DNA of 64,000 nucleotides, from positions 52,080,001 to 52,144,000 of the forward strand of contig NC_043006.1 of the NCBI RefSeq assembly GCF_006345805.1, given 5' to 3'. Source of the DNA: Octopus sinensis. Taxonomy: Eukaryota. This document shows, piece after piece, positions 36,716-48,975 of this stretch (the first letter of the stretch is position 1; each line of letters starts with the position of its first letter). Under the pieces are notes generated by a model. The model did no database searches. It was not told where the DNA came from and worked only from the letters and a program-made list of their open reading frames with translations. A program made the translations under genes and the position numbers.

Positions 36716-37044
36716 TAACATACACACACACACAAATACACATATATACATAAATACATTTTATATATATATATATATATAACGCATACATATACATACA
36801 CATGTGTGAACATGCGCATGTATATACATATGTACGCATGGAAAAGACATGAAAATTTATGTATTTATGAATGTATATTCACTTGAGTGTTTTTAAGCAT
36901 TACAAATATTGGTACTTGTATGGAAACGTTGGTGTGTGTGTGTATATATACATATGTATATATATATATGTATGTATGTATGCATGTATGTATATATATA
37001 TACACATATATAGTATATATATAATGTATTATTATATATGTATG

Positions 37045-37114
<70 letters not shown>

Positions 37115-37456
37115 TATATTAAATTATTTTTTTACTTTTATATTTTTTTAAATCAATCTTATGTATTGGCTTAAGTTTTTCATTGTATGATTTGCCTAAT
37201 AGTGGTTTTATCTCTAATTTAATATAATATAATATAATATATTATACTATAAAATTGGATTTAATCCTAAATCTAATTTTTCCCTGTAAGTTTGGATTTA
37301 TTCCCTTATATTATTATTATTATGTATATTTATATATATATATATATATACAACAGGTACTTGTGTATGCTTATATAAACACAACCACACAAACATATAC
37401 AGACATACAAATATACACACATTATATGTGTACATATGTATATGTATGTATATATG

Positions 37457-37490
<34 letters not shown>

Positions 37491-37850
37491 TGTATGTATG
37501 TATGTATGTATGTATGCATGTACACATACATACATACATTTGCCTATGTGTTTAAGTAATGTGTATTTCTGAGCTACTTCATTCACTTTCAGACATTCTA
37601 CAGATAAACTATTAAGTAAAAACTAGAGTAGAAAAGACGGATGTTCGTAACACATCAGAAACATTTGAAATTCTTCTCATTACGAACACCACTCATTACC
37701 ACTCCTGTCTGCCTGTCTGAATGTCTGTCTGTCCCTATGTCTGTGCAGCATTGTGTTTGAGTGTGGTGGGTGGTGTAGGTGTTCCTGTGTGTGCTTGCGT
37801 ATTTCTATGCGCATTTAGTTCTTTTTGTATTTGTATACCATCCCCCACCT

Positions 37851-38238
37851 TGTGTAGGCGCAATGGCCCAGTGGTTAGGGCAGCGGACTCGCGGTCTTAG
37901 GATCGCTGTTTCGATTCGCAGACCGAGCGTTGTGAGTGTTTATTGAGCGAAAACACCTAAACTTCCACGAGGCTCCGGCAGCGGGTGGTAGTGAACCCTG
38001 CTGTTCTCTCTCACCACAACTTTCTCTCACTCCTTCTTCCTGCTGCTGTTGTACATGCATTTCAAAGGGCCAGTCTTGTCGCATTATGTGTCACGCTGAA
38101 TCTCCCTGAGAACTACGTTAAGGGCACACGTGTCTGTGGAGTACTCAGCCACTTGCACGTTAATTTCACGAACAGGCTGTTCCGTTGATCGAATCAATCA
38201 ACTGGAACACTCGTCGTCGTAACCGACGGAGTTCCACC
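37851..38238 (+). mobile_element. tRNA-derived SINE family C, full length
   Basis: A box TGGCCCAGTGG, B box GTTTCGATTC, 3' end CGTCGTCGTAACCGACGGAG. Confidence 0.85.
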
Positions 38239-38504
38239 ACTCTCCCCACCTCTCCCTATTTCTCTGTCATAAAATGTTTCATGTTTTATCTGTTTTAGTC
38301 ATTAGACTGCGGCCATGCTGGGGGTATCACCTTGAAGAACTTTTAGCCAAATGAATCGACCCCACTACGTATTTTTTCTTTCAAGCCAAGTACTTATTTT
38401 ATTGTTCTCTTTTTTTTTTGCCGAACCTCTAAGAAACAGAGACGAAAACAAACCAACACCAGTTGTTAAGCGGTGGGGACAAACTCACACACACATATAC
38501 ATAG

Positions 38505-38891
38505 TGTGGAAGCACTCCGTCGGTTACGACGATGAGGGTTCCGGTTGATCCGAATCAACGGAACAGCCTGCTCGTGGAATTAACGTGCAAGTGGCTGAGC
38601 ACTCCACAGACACGTGTACCCTTAACGTAGTTCTCGGGGATATTCAGCGTGACACAGAGAGTGACAAAGCCGGCCCTTTGAAATACAGGTACAACAGAAA
38701 CAGGAAGTAAGAGTGAGAGAAAGTTGTGGTGAAAGAGTACAGCAGGGATCACCACCATCCCTGCCGGAGCCTCGTGGAGCTTTAGATGTTTTCGCTCAAT
38801 AAACACTCACAACGCCCGGTCTGGGAATCGAAACCGCGATCCTACGACCGCGAGTCCGCTGCCCTAACCACTGGGCCATTGCGCCTCCACA
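38505..38891 (-). mobile_element. tRNA-derived SINE family C, full length, inverted relative to 37851
   Basis: Reverse complement aligns end to end with 37851-38238. Confidence 0.9.
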
Positions 38892-39169
38892 CATATACAT
38901 ACATACGTGTACACACACACACACACACATTCACACATATGACGGGATTCTTTTAGTTTTTATCTACCAAATCCACTCAGGGCTTTTTTCGTCCCGAGGC
39001 TTTAGTAGAAGACACTTGCTCGGGGTGCCACGCAATGGGACAAAACCCGGAACTTTGTAGCTGGGATAGATTATTTAAATAAACATATGCGCACATTTAG
39101 TTCTGACAGATGTCAGAAGTAATCATGCACTGACATACAACGCAAGTGCGCATGCGCATGCACCTAAGT

Positions 39170-39565
39170 ACTAAAGAGACATTATAGCTTCGGGCCGACT
39201 GAAGCCTTGTAGATGAATTTGCTTGACGGAAACTGAAAGAAATCTGTCCCATGTGTGTGTTGTGTGTGCGTGCGTGCGTGTGTGTATGTGTGTGTATGTG
39301 TGTGTGTGCGTGTGTGCGTGTGTGCGTGTATGTGTGTCTATGCGTGCGAATGTCATCGTGTTTGTGCCCCTCCACCGCTTGACAACTGATGTTGGTTTGC
39401 TTACGTCCCCGTAACTTACTGGTTTGGTTGGCAAAAGGGACCGATAGACTAAGTACCAGGTTTTTAAAAAAAATTAAGTACTGGAGGCGAGCTGCTCGGC
39501 TAAACCTTCAAGGCAGTGCCTGTCCCAGCATGATCGCAGTCCAGTGACTGACTCAAATAAAAGGC
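39170..39565 (+). mobile_element. SINE family A, 5'-truncated
   Basis: TATAGCTTCGGGCCGAC ... CCAGCATGATCGCAGTCCAGTGACTGA. Confidence 0.7.
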
Positions 39566-39600
39566 GAATACTTACAAACATACATATATACATACATCCG

Positions 39601-39643
<43 letters not shown>

Positions 39644-39703
39644 GTGTGTGTGTGTGTGTGTGTGTTGTGTGTGTGTGTGTATGTATGTATATGGATGTAT
39701 ATG

Positions 39704-39735
<32 letters not shown>

Positions 39736-40303
39736 GATATATATATATCTATATATATTTAAAGAAAAATATGTAAAAGCCCACAGGATGTTTGTATAAT
39801 AAAATTTACGCTAATATTAAGATCATATTGAAACAAAGAGTTGTATTACCACATTATATAATAAACTGGGAGTAACGGTTTCGCATCTTATGCTTATCAA
39901 ACTTCCAAGGTCTTAGATTTTAGTCCTGAGAGAATCTTTGTTAAGTCATAGGGACGCCATACAAAAATTGTTTGACTATCGTTTAGCAAGCCTACCAAGT
40001 GGTCTCTTTCTATGTCAACTGCACGGGTCCATCTTGCAAAATATCTGGTCCGTTTTCGGTATTTCCTGATTACGAAGTAATTCCAGAACGAATTTCAATC
40101 CGTTCTTGGATTACTTCGTTTCGAATATGCTACCACTATGATATTCCCAGAATGGATATTCCCATGGAATCTGGGTATCATAGCAAGTCACTTGTTTCAC
40201 TCCTTCGCAATTGTCTATGATACATTTGCAAATAACAGCGCACCTAGGGTTGGGTGGAGCTATTGAAGAGACTGATACGTAGAGATTTGGTGCTTTGAGG
40301 ACA

Positions 40304-40532
40304 TAACCCTTTTGATACCAACCAGCCTGAAACTGCCTCTGACTCTGTAGTACAAATGTTTTGTTTTCAAAAGTTCTGAATTAAAAGCTTCCACCAAACC
40401 TTAGTCACAATTTATGTTCCTCACATTAGTTTAATAATAACTAAGTTATTTTACTAAATTCTTTGTTATATTTAAAATTAATTGAAAGAAACATAGAGCA
40501 TCTCAAAAGAAATATGGTAACAAAATGATTAA
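40304..40532. mobile_element. piggyBac-like MITE
   Basis: TAACCCTTTTGATACCA and TGGTAACAAAATGATTAA are imperfect inverted termini with TTAA-like ends. Confidence 0.45.
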
Positions 40533-40623
40533 AAGAAGCAAACACCTTCCATTCTTGCTTTGTTCCAGATTTAAGCGCCAATGTCTTGATATGTCACTAT
40601 CCCTATCCTTTTATCTTTCATTT

Positions 40624-40657
40624 CTTCTGATAAAGGAGTAACGTCCGAAATATTAAG
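40624..40657 (+). ncRNA. Minimal hammerhead relic (G8A)
   Basis: CTT CTGATAA A GGA gtaacg TCC GAAA T ATT AAG: stems I and II pair, palindromic AATATT junction, G8 changed to A. Confidence 0.45.
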
Positions 40658-41279
40658 TAACCCTCTTTCTCTAGCGACACTTTAAACACCGTAGTGTCAA
40701 ACTGTATTCTTTTCGTGTTGTTCTTCGTAATGTTTATTTAGACACCTGCGCGTACGCGCACACACAACTACATATATACACAGTCATAAATACATGCACA
40801 CATACATGCAGACACATAATTACAAGCACGCGCTCGCGCGTGCGCACGTGCCGGCGCACGCTCACACACACACAAGCATACACACATTTATATGCATGTG
40901 CGTAAACATGTAACATGCTTCATAGTACCTCTGCCATGGGCTCTAAGTTTGCTTACCTGACTCTGATTTTGCATTATAATTTTCGTGACAAATTTCGCAC
41001 TTAATTTGTTCAAGAATCATACCAGCACTAGTTTCACCCTTGTGCATTCGTCCAAAATGTATTTCAACCCACCAGCAGATACATTTGGATATCAAGAACA
41101 GCAGTACTGCATTGATACTATTGGAGCTCTTTACATATAACCATCTCGTGATGTCTTCCCGTTATGTTAAGAGTCTAGTACGTGATTTAAGGTTCTCTAA
41201 TCTTTGCATCTATGCTGCTTGCTTACATGGCACTGCCTGTATCATCTGCTATGCTCATCTGTGACATGAACACATATAT

Positions 41280-41740
41280 GTTCTTTTCTTCTTTTATTAT
41301 TTTACTTGTTTCAGTCATACTGGAGCACCGCCTTTCGTCGAACAAATCGACCCCAGGGCATATTCTTTGTAAGCCTAGTACTTATTCTATCGGCCTCTGT
41401 TGCTGAACCGCTAAGTTACAGGAGTGTAAACACACTTACATGAGAGTCAAGCGATGGCGGGGGAACTTCCTTCCTGAGCATCCAATAATACTATATTTGT
41501 TCCACGTCCTCGCGTCGTTGTGTTTTCTCTTGGTGTTTTCATGTTTGGATTAACTATATATATATGTATATATATATACGAAGGGCTTCTTTCAGTTCCG
41601 ACTGCCAAATCCACTCACAAAGCTTTATTCGGCCCGAGGCTATAGCAGAAGAAACTTGCCTAAGGTACCATGCAGTGGAACACTGAACCCGGAACTATGT
41701 GGTTGAGAAGCATGCTTCTTACCACGCAGCCACTCCTGCA
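41280..41740 (-). mobile_element. SINE family A split by a Penelope-type terminal fragment (41464-41560)
   Basis: 3' half 41280-41460 and 5' half 41580-41740; the insert matches 26845-26935. Confidence 0.75.
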
Positions 41741-41755
41741 CACACACGCGCCACA

Positions 41756-41866
<111 letters not shown>

Positions 41867-42523
41867 CTTACATTTTATATGTACGTGTGTGTGTGTACAA
41901 CATAGACTAATACATGAATATTAAGTACCATACAACAGATTCTCGATTTATTAAAGTTATCTCCGCTTCAGGAGAATGAGTCATAATTGTCAAGTGGCAA
42001 TTAAGACCAGCTAAGAATTGGAGAAGTCTTGACTCATAAGATTATCTCCCGCGCCTCATGTGCAACTGATCTTCATTGCCACTTCGTAATAGCGCCACTT
42101 TCACTAGAAACAGAGATAATGTTAACAAATGGTAAGTAGATCTGAATTTGTCTATGTTGTTCAATACATGCGACTGACCGCTCTAAGTTATTCTTCTTAA
42201 CTGATTTTATTTAAAAATTATAAATGTCTTCTACTCTTTAAGTCTGGGAATACGGTTGGATAACTGTCACGTTGATGACGACTTACAAGAATAATCCTGT
42301 TCTTTTCTTTTATGGCTTGTCAACTTGAGAAAATTCTTGACTCTTGAAATTATCACCCTTCTGAAGTGGGGTTGATCTTAGTTACCATTTGGTTATTATG
42401 GTACATACTTTAGAGACAATGATAATCTTAATAAATCAAAATTCCTTTTATGGTATTTGATATACTTGTATTTATCTATGTTGTGTGTGCGTGCGTATAC
42501 AATACATACATACTTACATGGAT

Positions 42524-42554
<31 letters not shown>

Positions 42555-42567
42555 TACACACACACAC

Positions 42568-42615
<48 letters not shown>

Positions 42616-42618
42616 TAT

Positions 42619-43500
42619 GGGTCATCCCGTAAAAATGTGGTTTTTTTATACTTTTATTTTTCAAAATTAAGATGCACAAAGTTCGTTTTTTAAATCTAAA
42701 TTATATTCTCCCTTTCATTTTCTACAATACTCTTTCATCTATCTGGTAGACTTGCAAGACCCCTCTTCTAAAATTCGCCTGCCCGTAACGGAAAATACTC
42801 CTCCAGTACTGTTCAGACCTCGTCCACAGAATTCATATTTTGTCCGTCCAAATGATTTTGAAGACTGCGGAATAAATGATAATCAGATGGAGCAATGTCC
42901 GGCGAATATGGTGGGTGGGGCATCGTTTTCCAGCTTTGAAATGTCATCCTCGCTGTATGTGGCCGAGCATTATCCTAATGGAAGAATACATTTCGTCTTG
43001 AAACCTAAGATGGTCGTTTTCCGAGGGCACGCAAGTGTAAATGAATGGTTGAATGACTAAATCCAAGCTCCTCTGCTAGTTCCTCAATAGTTACGATGAG
43101 ATTTTGTTCCACCAGGGTTTGCAGGACATCCTCGTCGAGCTCTACAGATCTTCCAGGACGACGCTCGTCTTCTAGGCTGTAGTTTCCGGCTCGGAATTTC
43201 TGAAACCACCGTTGACACTGACTTATGTTCATTGTCCGATCCCCATATACTGTATTAATATTTCTTGCACTTGTTGCCTTTATTGAGCTCTTAAAGCAAA
43301 ACAGGCTGAATATGTTCCTTTGTTACTGCCATTATAGCTTTTAAAAAAAATAACTGTTAAAATTGAACTGTACTCTTCAAAAGTATAAGGTAAAATTACT
43401 ACCTACTTTTATAGTAAGTTGATGCAAGTAGTTTATCCCGTCCCCCTCCGACTTTTAGTTCATGTAATTGAAAAAAAACACAATATTTATGGGATGACCC
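42619..43500 (-). mobile_element. Mariner transposon with internal deletion
   Basis: TIRs GGGTCATCCC(G/A)TAAA at both ends; minus strand translates to CQRWFQKFRAGNYSLEDERRPGR and PPYSPDIAPSDYHLFRSLQNHL. Confidence 0.9.
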
Positions 43501-43528
43501 AATATATATATATATATATGTATGTATG

Positions 43529-43561
<33 letters not shown>

Positions 43562-44244
43562 TAAATATACCAAACGCCGCTGCGAGCGTGTCATCCAGCA
43601 ATTCCCTATGTGGTTACTCGAACTGCGTAGCACTCAAATCTCCCTCAAATCGCATCGTACTACTTTGAAAGGGAAAAAGACCCTTTTGGTTCTGTAGTTC
43701 TAGACGAACTGTCTGCAAAAAATATGGGACAACCTTATCTGGAACGCCCAACTTATACTATTAAGCAGTCAACAATGAGTGTACCTCGGTTCATCCGTTG
43801 TATAACAACTGACAACGCATAAAGAAATAAGTTCGGTGAAATAATAGATTGAAAATTGTTTTCTTTCAAGTCCTCCCCTTGGTCAGACATCACAAGTATA
43901 TTAAACATAATCTGTTATTTTAGTTTGTTTATTCAACATCTATATTAAACATAACCCGTTATTTCAGTTTATTTATTTAACACAATATAGAGAAAGCGAT
44001 ATAAGCTAATTTCTTATAATTGGACAACAGGAAAAAAAAGGCTAAATTTCACCACATCCATAAAAAAGTAAATTTATAAATTATAATTTTCCCCATCATA
44101 ACTCTGAAATAGAAAAAAATATATGTGGTTCCCTCATTGATGCCCTCTAAATACGTACTTATGTTTATCGATCAATTGGTAGTTGTACAAACTTTATGGA
44201 AAATCTTTATTCTGAGCTGATTAGATAATGCTCACAGCTTTGGT

Positions 44245-44680
44245 CTCCAAACTCACCCGCTCTCATAGAAGAAAGTGAAGGAACGTTCATTAGAAAAATA
44301 ACTTCCTGGGAACGTCTGACAACTCTGTTTCTACTCTTTTGAACACCGAAGAGAGATATACTATTATAAACTTCGGCATTAGAGAAAACTTTAATGCATG
44401 AACTGGTATATAATGTCAGCTTCCAAATATACCTCCTTCGAAATCATGAGCATAAGCACTATTGTACCAGTTTGATATTCAGAGGTCCTCAGTTGTTCAA
44501 CTGCTTACCCAAAGAAATCAAAAATATAAAAGGAGCCTCTATTGAAAGATTCAAAAGATTGGATAAATTCGTAACGATGGGACCCAGCCAGACAAATATT
44601 CAAGGATACATTCAAGAAAGATCAGCTTCTTCAAACTCGATCATAGATCAACTTCCAGTCATAAGGCGAAAACAAAACTG
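44245..44680 (+). mobile_element. CR1-group LINE, 3' fragment
   Basis: SWERL ... LIFRGPQLFNCLPKEIKNIKG...ERFKRLDKF...SASSNSIIDQL, homologous to ORF 59697-60128. Confidence 0.8.
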
Positions 44681-45371
44681 AAAGAAAATGAATTCAGTTC
44701 AACGAATAAAACCATTTAAAAGATAAAGAACTGGTAATTTTAATTAAGTACAAAGTTGAATTCTGATGGAGGTGAATGCCTCTATTTTACACCAACAATC
44801 CACTAAACGAACGAACAATTGCACACAACTTGATAAAGAATCTACAATCAAGTTACTAAAGAAAATGCGTCTGGAGTAAATTGAAACATTTTGCCGTGTT
44901 GCAATGAGCATTTTTCAATAGACTGGAGAAAAAGCGATCACGCATCTGAAATAGATAACCTCTCTCTAAAAGTACAAAAACTCGCACACACGCGCGCGCG
45001 TGCACGCACACACACACAAACACAAATCAACAAACTATGGAAATATAATGATAAATGAAAAGTTTTTTTTATGGTAGAAAATTACAAGAGCTAAATCATT
45101 ATCAACTTGCTTTAAACCCACAGATAGATCTCTACCTGTAATTATTGGTAAACTTGATTATGTAGCACATTGCTTCGGCTACAGTCTATAGAAGTTAGAC
45201 ATCACAAAACCATAAAAACACATCTAATTTGAAAATTACAATTAGAAGACATTAGCGTTAGTGGAAATGTAAATATATGTAAAATATTCCAGAAATTTAA
45301 ACTCCGTAGCATAGTAACACACACTCACACACACATACGTCTGTGTAATATATATATTATATATAATATAC

Positions 45372-45402
<31 letters not shown>

Positions 45403-45437
45403 TAATATTATATATATATATATATATTATAATATAT

Positions 45438-45474
<37 letters not shown>

Positions 45475-45550
45475 GTGGTGTGTATATATTATATATATAT
45501 TATGTGTAATAATATCATGAGCATATATATTATATATATATTATATATAA

Positions 45551-45581
<31 letters not shown>

Positions 45582-45641
45582 TGTGTGTTGTTTATATATA
45601 TATATATATATATATATGCGCACACATCATGTGATAACGTG

Positions 45642-45809
45642 ATATGTCGTGTCAAAGAGTGACCAATAGTTTCGAATCCATAAAGCGCCTAGGTTTATAG
45701 ACGACTCATGAGACTCCAATGGCCGCGGCCATTGAAGTTTGACGAGTCGTTTAGATAGCTAGGCGCCTTATGGATGCGAAACCATTGGTCACTCTGTGAC
45801 CGGACATAT
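45642..45809. repeat. Imperfect palindrome of about 168 bp
   Basis: Centre CAATGGCCGCGGCCATTG; arms AGAGTGACCAAT-GTTTCG-ATCCATAA-GCGCCTAG...ACGACTC align by eye. Confidence 0.85.
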
Positions 45810-47366
45810 ATCTAATGATTAAAAATACTGGCGGGAGAACAAACAGACACACAAACTTCCCCATTTTTGATATATATATCCGACGGGTTTCTTTCAGTTT
45901 CCCTCTACTAAATCCACTCTCAATATTTTATTCGGCCCAAGGCTTATAGTAGAAGACACTTGCCCAATGTGCCACGCAGTGGGACTGAACCCGCAACCAT
46001 ATGGTTGGGAAGAAAGCTTCTTAGATTCAAACGCGTGCAATATGTGTGCAAATATATATAGGCATGTATACATACGTATGCACATCCATGTACGCAGGCA
46101 TACACAGATGCATGTTACTTTGCTAGCGTGCATCCATGCATGACATAAATGCATAAATGGCAATTTCGTTGATGTCTAAATTCTAACAAGGATAAAACTT
46201 AGCTTCTGGATTTGAGTTCACTACCTCCGTTTGAAGAGAGATTTGAAAAATAAGACCAGAATATAGATTATATATTTGTATATAGTTTAAGCAGTAATCC
46301 CGAAAATCTGGGATTTTCAGGCAAGGAAAGTGATCAGCTCCTATGTCCCCTGCGAGTTCAGTCTGTAAGAGGAAGACTGAAAACATACAAACAGTTTTAT
46401 TCAACTAGTGACTATATATTATTATTATCTAAACACAGCAATGGAACTTTGTTTCTTTGTTAGAAACTATTCCCTTATTTCCCGGAATATTTCAAAGAAT
46501 TAAAGAAGCGAACTTACATACAAATATGCATATGCACAATTTTCAAGTATACATCTATCATACATAAATACATGCGTTCATATATATATACATATATACA
46601 TGTATCATGCATAGATACACGCATTCATGTACACATAAGCACGCGCGCGCATGCTTGCACACGCACACATACGTATATACATATATACATACAATCATAA
46701 GACGTGCATACATACATGCATACGCATGCAGTTCTTCCATACGCTTTTACAGAAGAACGTGTAGTTACTATGAGAGGTATATATCTGCCTTTGTACGAGG
46801 TATTCTCATAGTTTTGTATTGATTTCCAACATAAACATAAAACATTAGGGCAGATACGAAATACTGGAACGCTTAAATCCTTCTATAGGCATTGGTGACC
46901 TAAGTAAAATAAAATAGGCACAGCAGGGAGTTGAAACCAGATAGCTTGATTAGGCTCACCAGAAATTCACTTCTTCCTCCATACCAACTGCTCTTATTTT
47001 CTCATTTCTTCAATGAAAATATTATGATAGCAAATATCAATTGATATATCAAAACTAATACAAAAGCTCTGTAAATACACATACATACATAAATACATAT
47101 GTGCCTGCATGTATTCAAATATACGTACATACGCGTTTGCATGCACGCCGAGAAAACCTCTACGTCGCTGTTCAGCCTGCTAGGAATAACACAAATCTCC
47201 CTCAAATTATATCTTATAGTCTCGGAAGAGACACGCTGGATAATGTAGTCAATAATACTCACGAGAATCATGGGCTGGTCATGGATGAAAATATATCTTT
47301 GATCGTAGATCTGCTGAGTCAAAGCTGACCTTGAGCTAAACAACAACATAACACACACACACATGT

Positions 47367-47398
<32 letters not shown>

Positions 47399-47407
47399 AC
47401 ACACACA

Positions 47408-47446
<39 letters not shown>

Positions 47447-48187
47447 ACACGTCTCCGAGTTTAAAAAGAGAGAATGAGGTAATGAGAGTGTGAAATGCTC
47501 ATAACTTTGTAAAAGATATCAAAGTGGAATGATCCAACTGACAATTGAAACCACTGGACAACAGAATATCGATTTCTTATATATTCGAAGGCGGTACTCC
47601 AGCATGACATGGATAAAGCATACTCAAAAACTAAACACGAAAAATTAATTATAACGCCACCGACTTATTAGAGATACAGAAACGAAATTATATGACGTTC
47701 ATTCACTTCACATTTCGGAAGTTCATTAGTAACGTAAATTCTTTAAATGTTGTGATGTGTATCCGTTTCCTAAAGGCATTAATATTATAATATCTGAAAA
47801 TACCTGAAAGCCGCACTAAATCTGAACAAAACTCTTAACTTGATGCAGCCATTGTGTTGAGGACCAGATGGAAAGTCGATTGTCTTAATAAGTTTAATGT
47901 CTATTTTACCAACCTGTGGTGTGTAAAAAACAGTTGACGTTTGCAGGAGAGAACACAAAGTTGCCAAACTATGTAACATAAAGTTAATCGTGTTATTGGT
48001 GGATCTTCCTTTGTTTTCGAATCTCTGAGAGTTCCGGGTGCTCTGTCTATGGAACTGCCTGGTTATTCATTGAATTATAAAGATGCCCAGTATTCTTTAT
48101 ACACTTGCATCTTTAACGTAACTCTCAAACCACAGAATCTGTGCGTGACATCAAAGTGTGTGGCAATGAGAATGGATACAACATGTA

Positions 48188-48975
48188 CGAGTGTAGGCTG
48201 AAAAGTCCATAGGCCGACTATGAAGAAATAATACTAGAGCTGTGAAATCTTGCAAGCATTAATTTCAATTCTACTTATTAATATCTGCGTTGTTTCTTTC
48301 CAGGTAAACTAACACCTGACTGTTTAAAGAAGACTTCGAAATTGACAAAATTTGCCATCATGTGGTTATCGAGTACCTGCAGAAAAAGGGTTTAGCCCTC
48401 AACAACATTTATGCTGACATGCTTGCCTAATTAAGGGATGACGCTCAAGCTTTATCGACAGTGCAAAAGTCGGCAGCTGAATTTAGAAGAGGAAAGGAGA
48501 ATCTTGATGATGACCCAAGGTCTAGACGTCCCGCAACTGCCACCACCGATGAAAACATTGATTGTGTTCACCACATGGTGAATGGATGACAGGTGATTGA
48601 CTATAAATGAAGTAACCAATGCTAGTAGCATATCCCGTGAGAGTGTTGAGAATATTCTAATCAAAGAACTTGGCACAACGAACGTTTCTGCTCAGTTGGT
48701 TCCACGTCATCTGACACCTGATTAAAAGCGCACCAAGCTGATCACATCACGGGAAAATCTGACGTTGTTTGAAATAGATCCAGCTGATTTCCTTGAACGC
48801 TTCTAAACCCAGGATGAATATCGGGTTCATCACTTTGAACCAGAAACAAAGAGACAATCCATGCAGTGGAAACATTCCACCCCACCTTCTCCAAAGAAAG
48901 TAAAGATCGCTTCATCTGTAGGCAAGGTATTGGCTTCATTTTGGCGGGATGCAAAGGCATTGTGTTTATTGACTA
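48188..48975 (+). mobile_element. Mariner transposon, degraded 5' two-thirds
   Basis: TA-CGAGTGTAGGCTGAAAAGTCCATAGG TIR; translates to DDDPRSRRPATATTDENI, LVPRHLT, HHFEPETKRQSMQWKH. Confidence 0.85.

Noticed and set aside
41950-42130. Cluster of AP-1 (TGAGTCA 41977, TGACTCA 42030) and GATA-like motifs as an enhancer
   Set aside because: Short motifs are expected by chance in AT-rich DNA and sit in a locally repeated TTATCTCC unit; no independent evidence.
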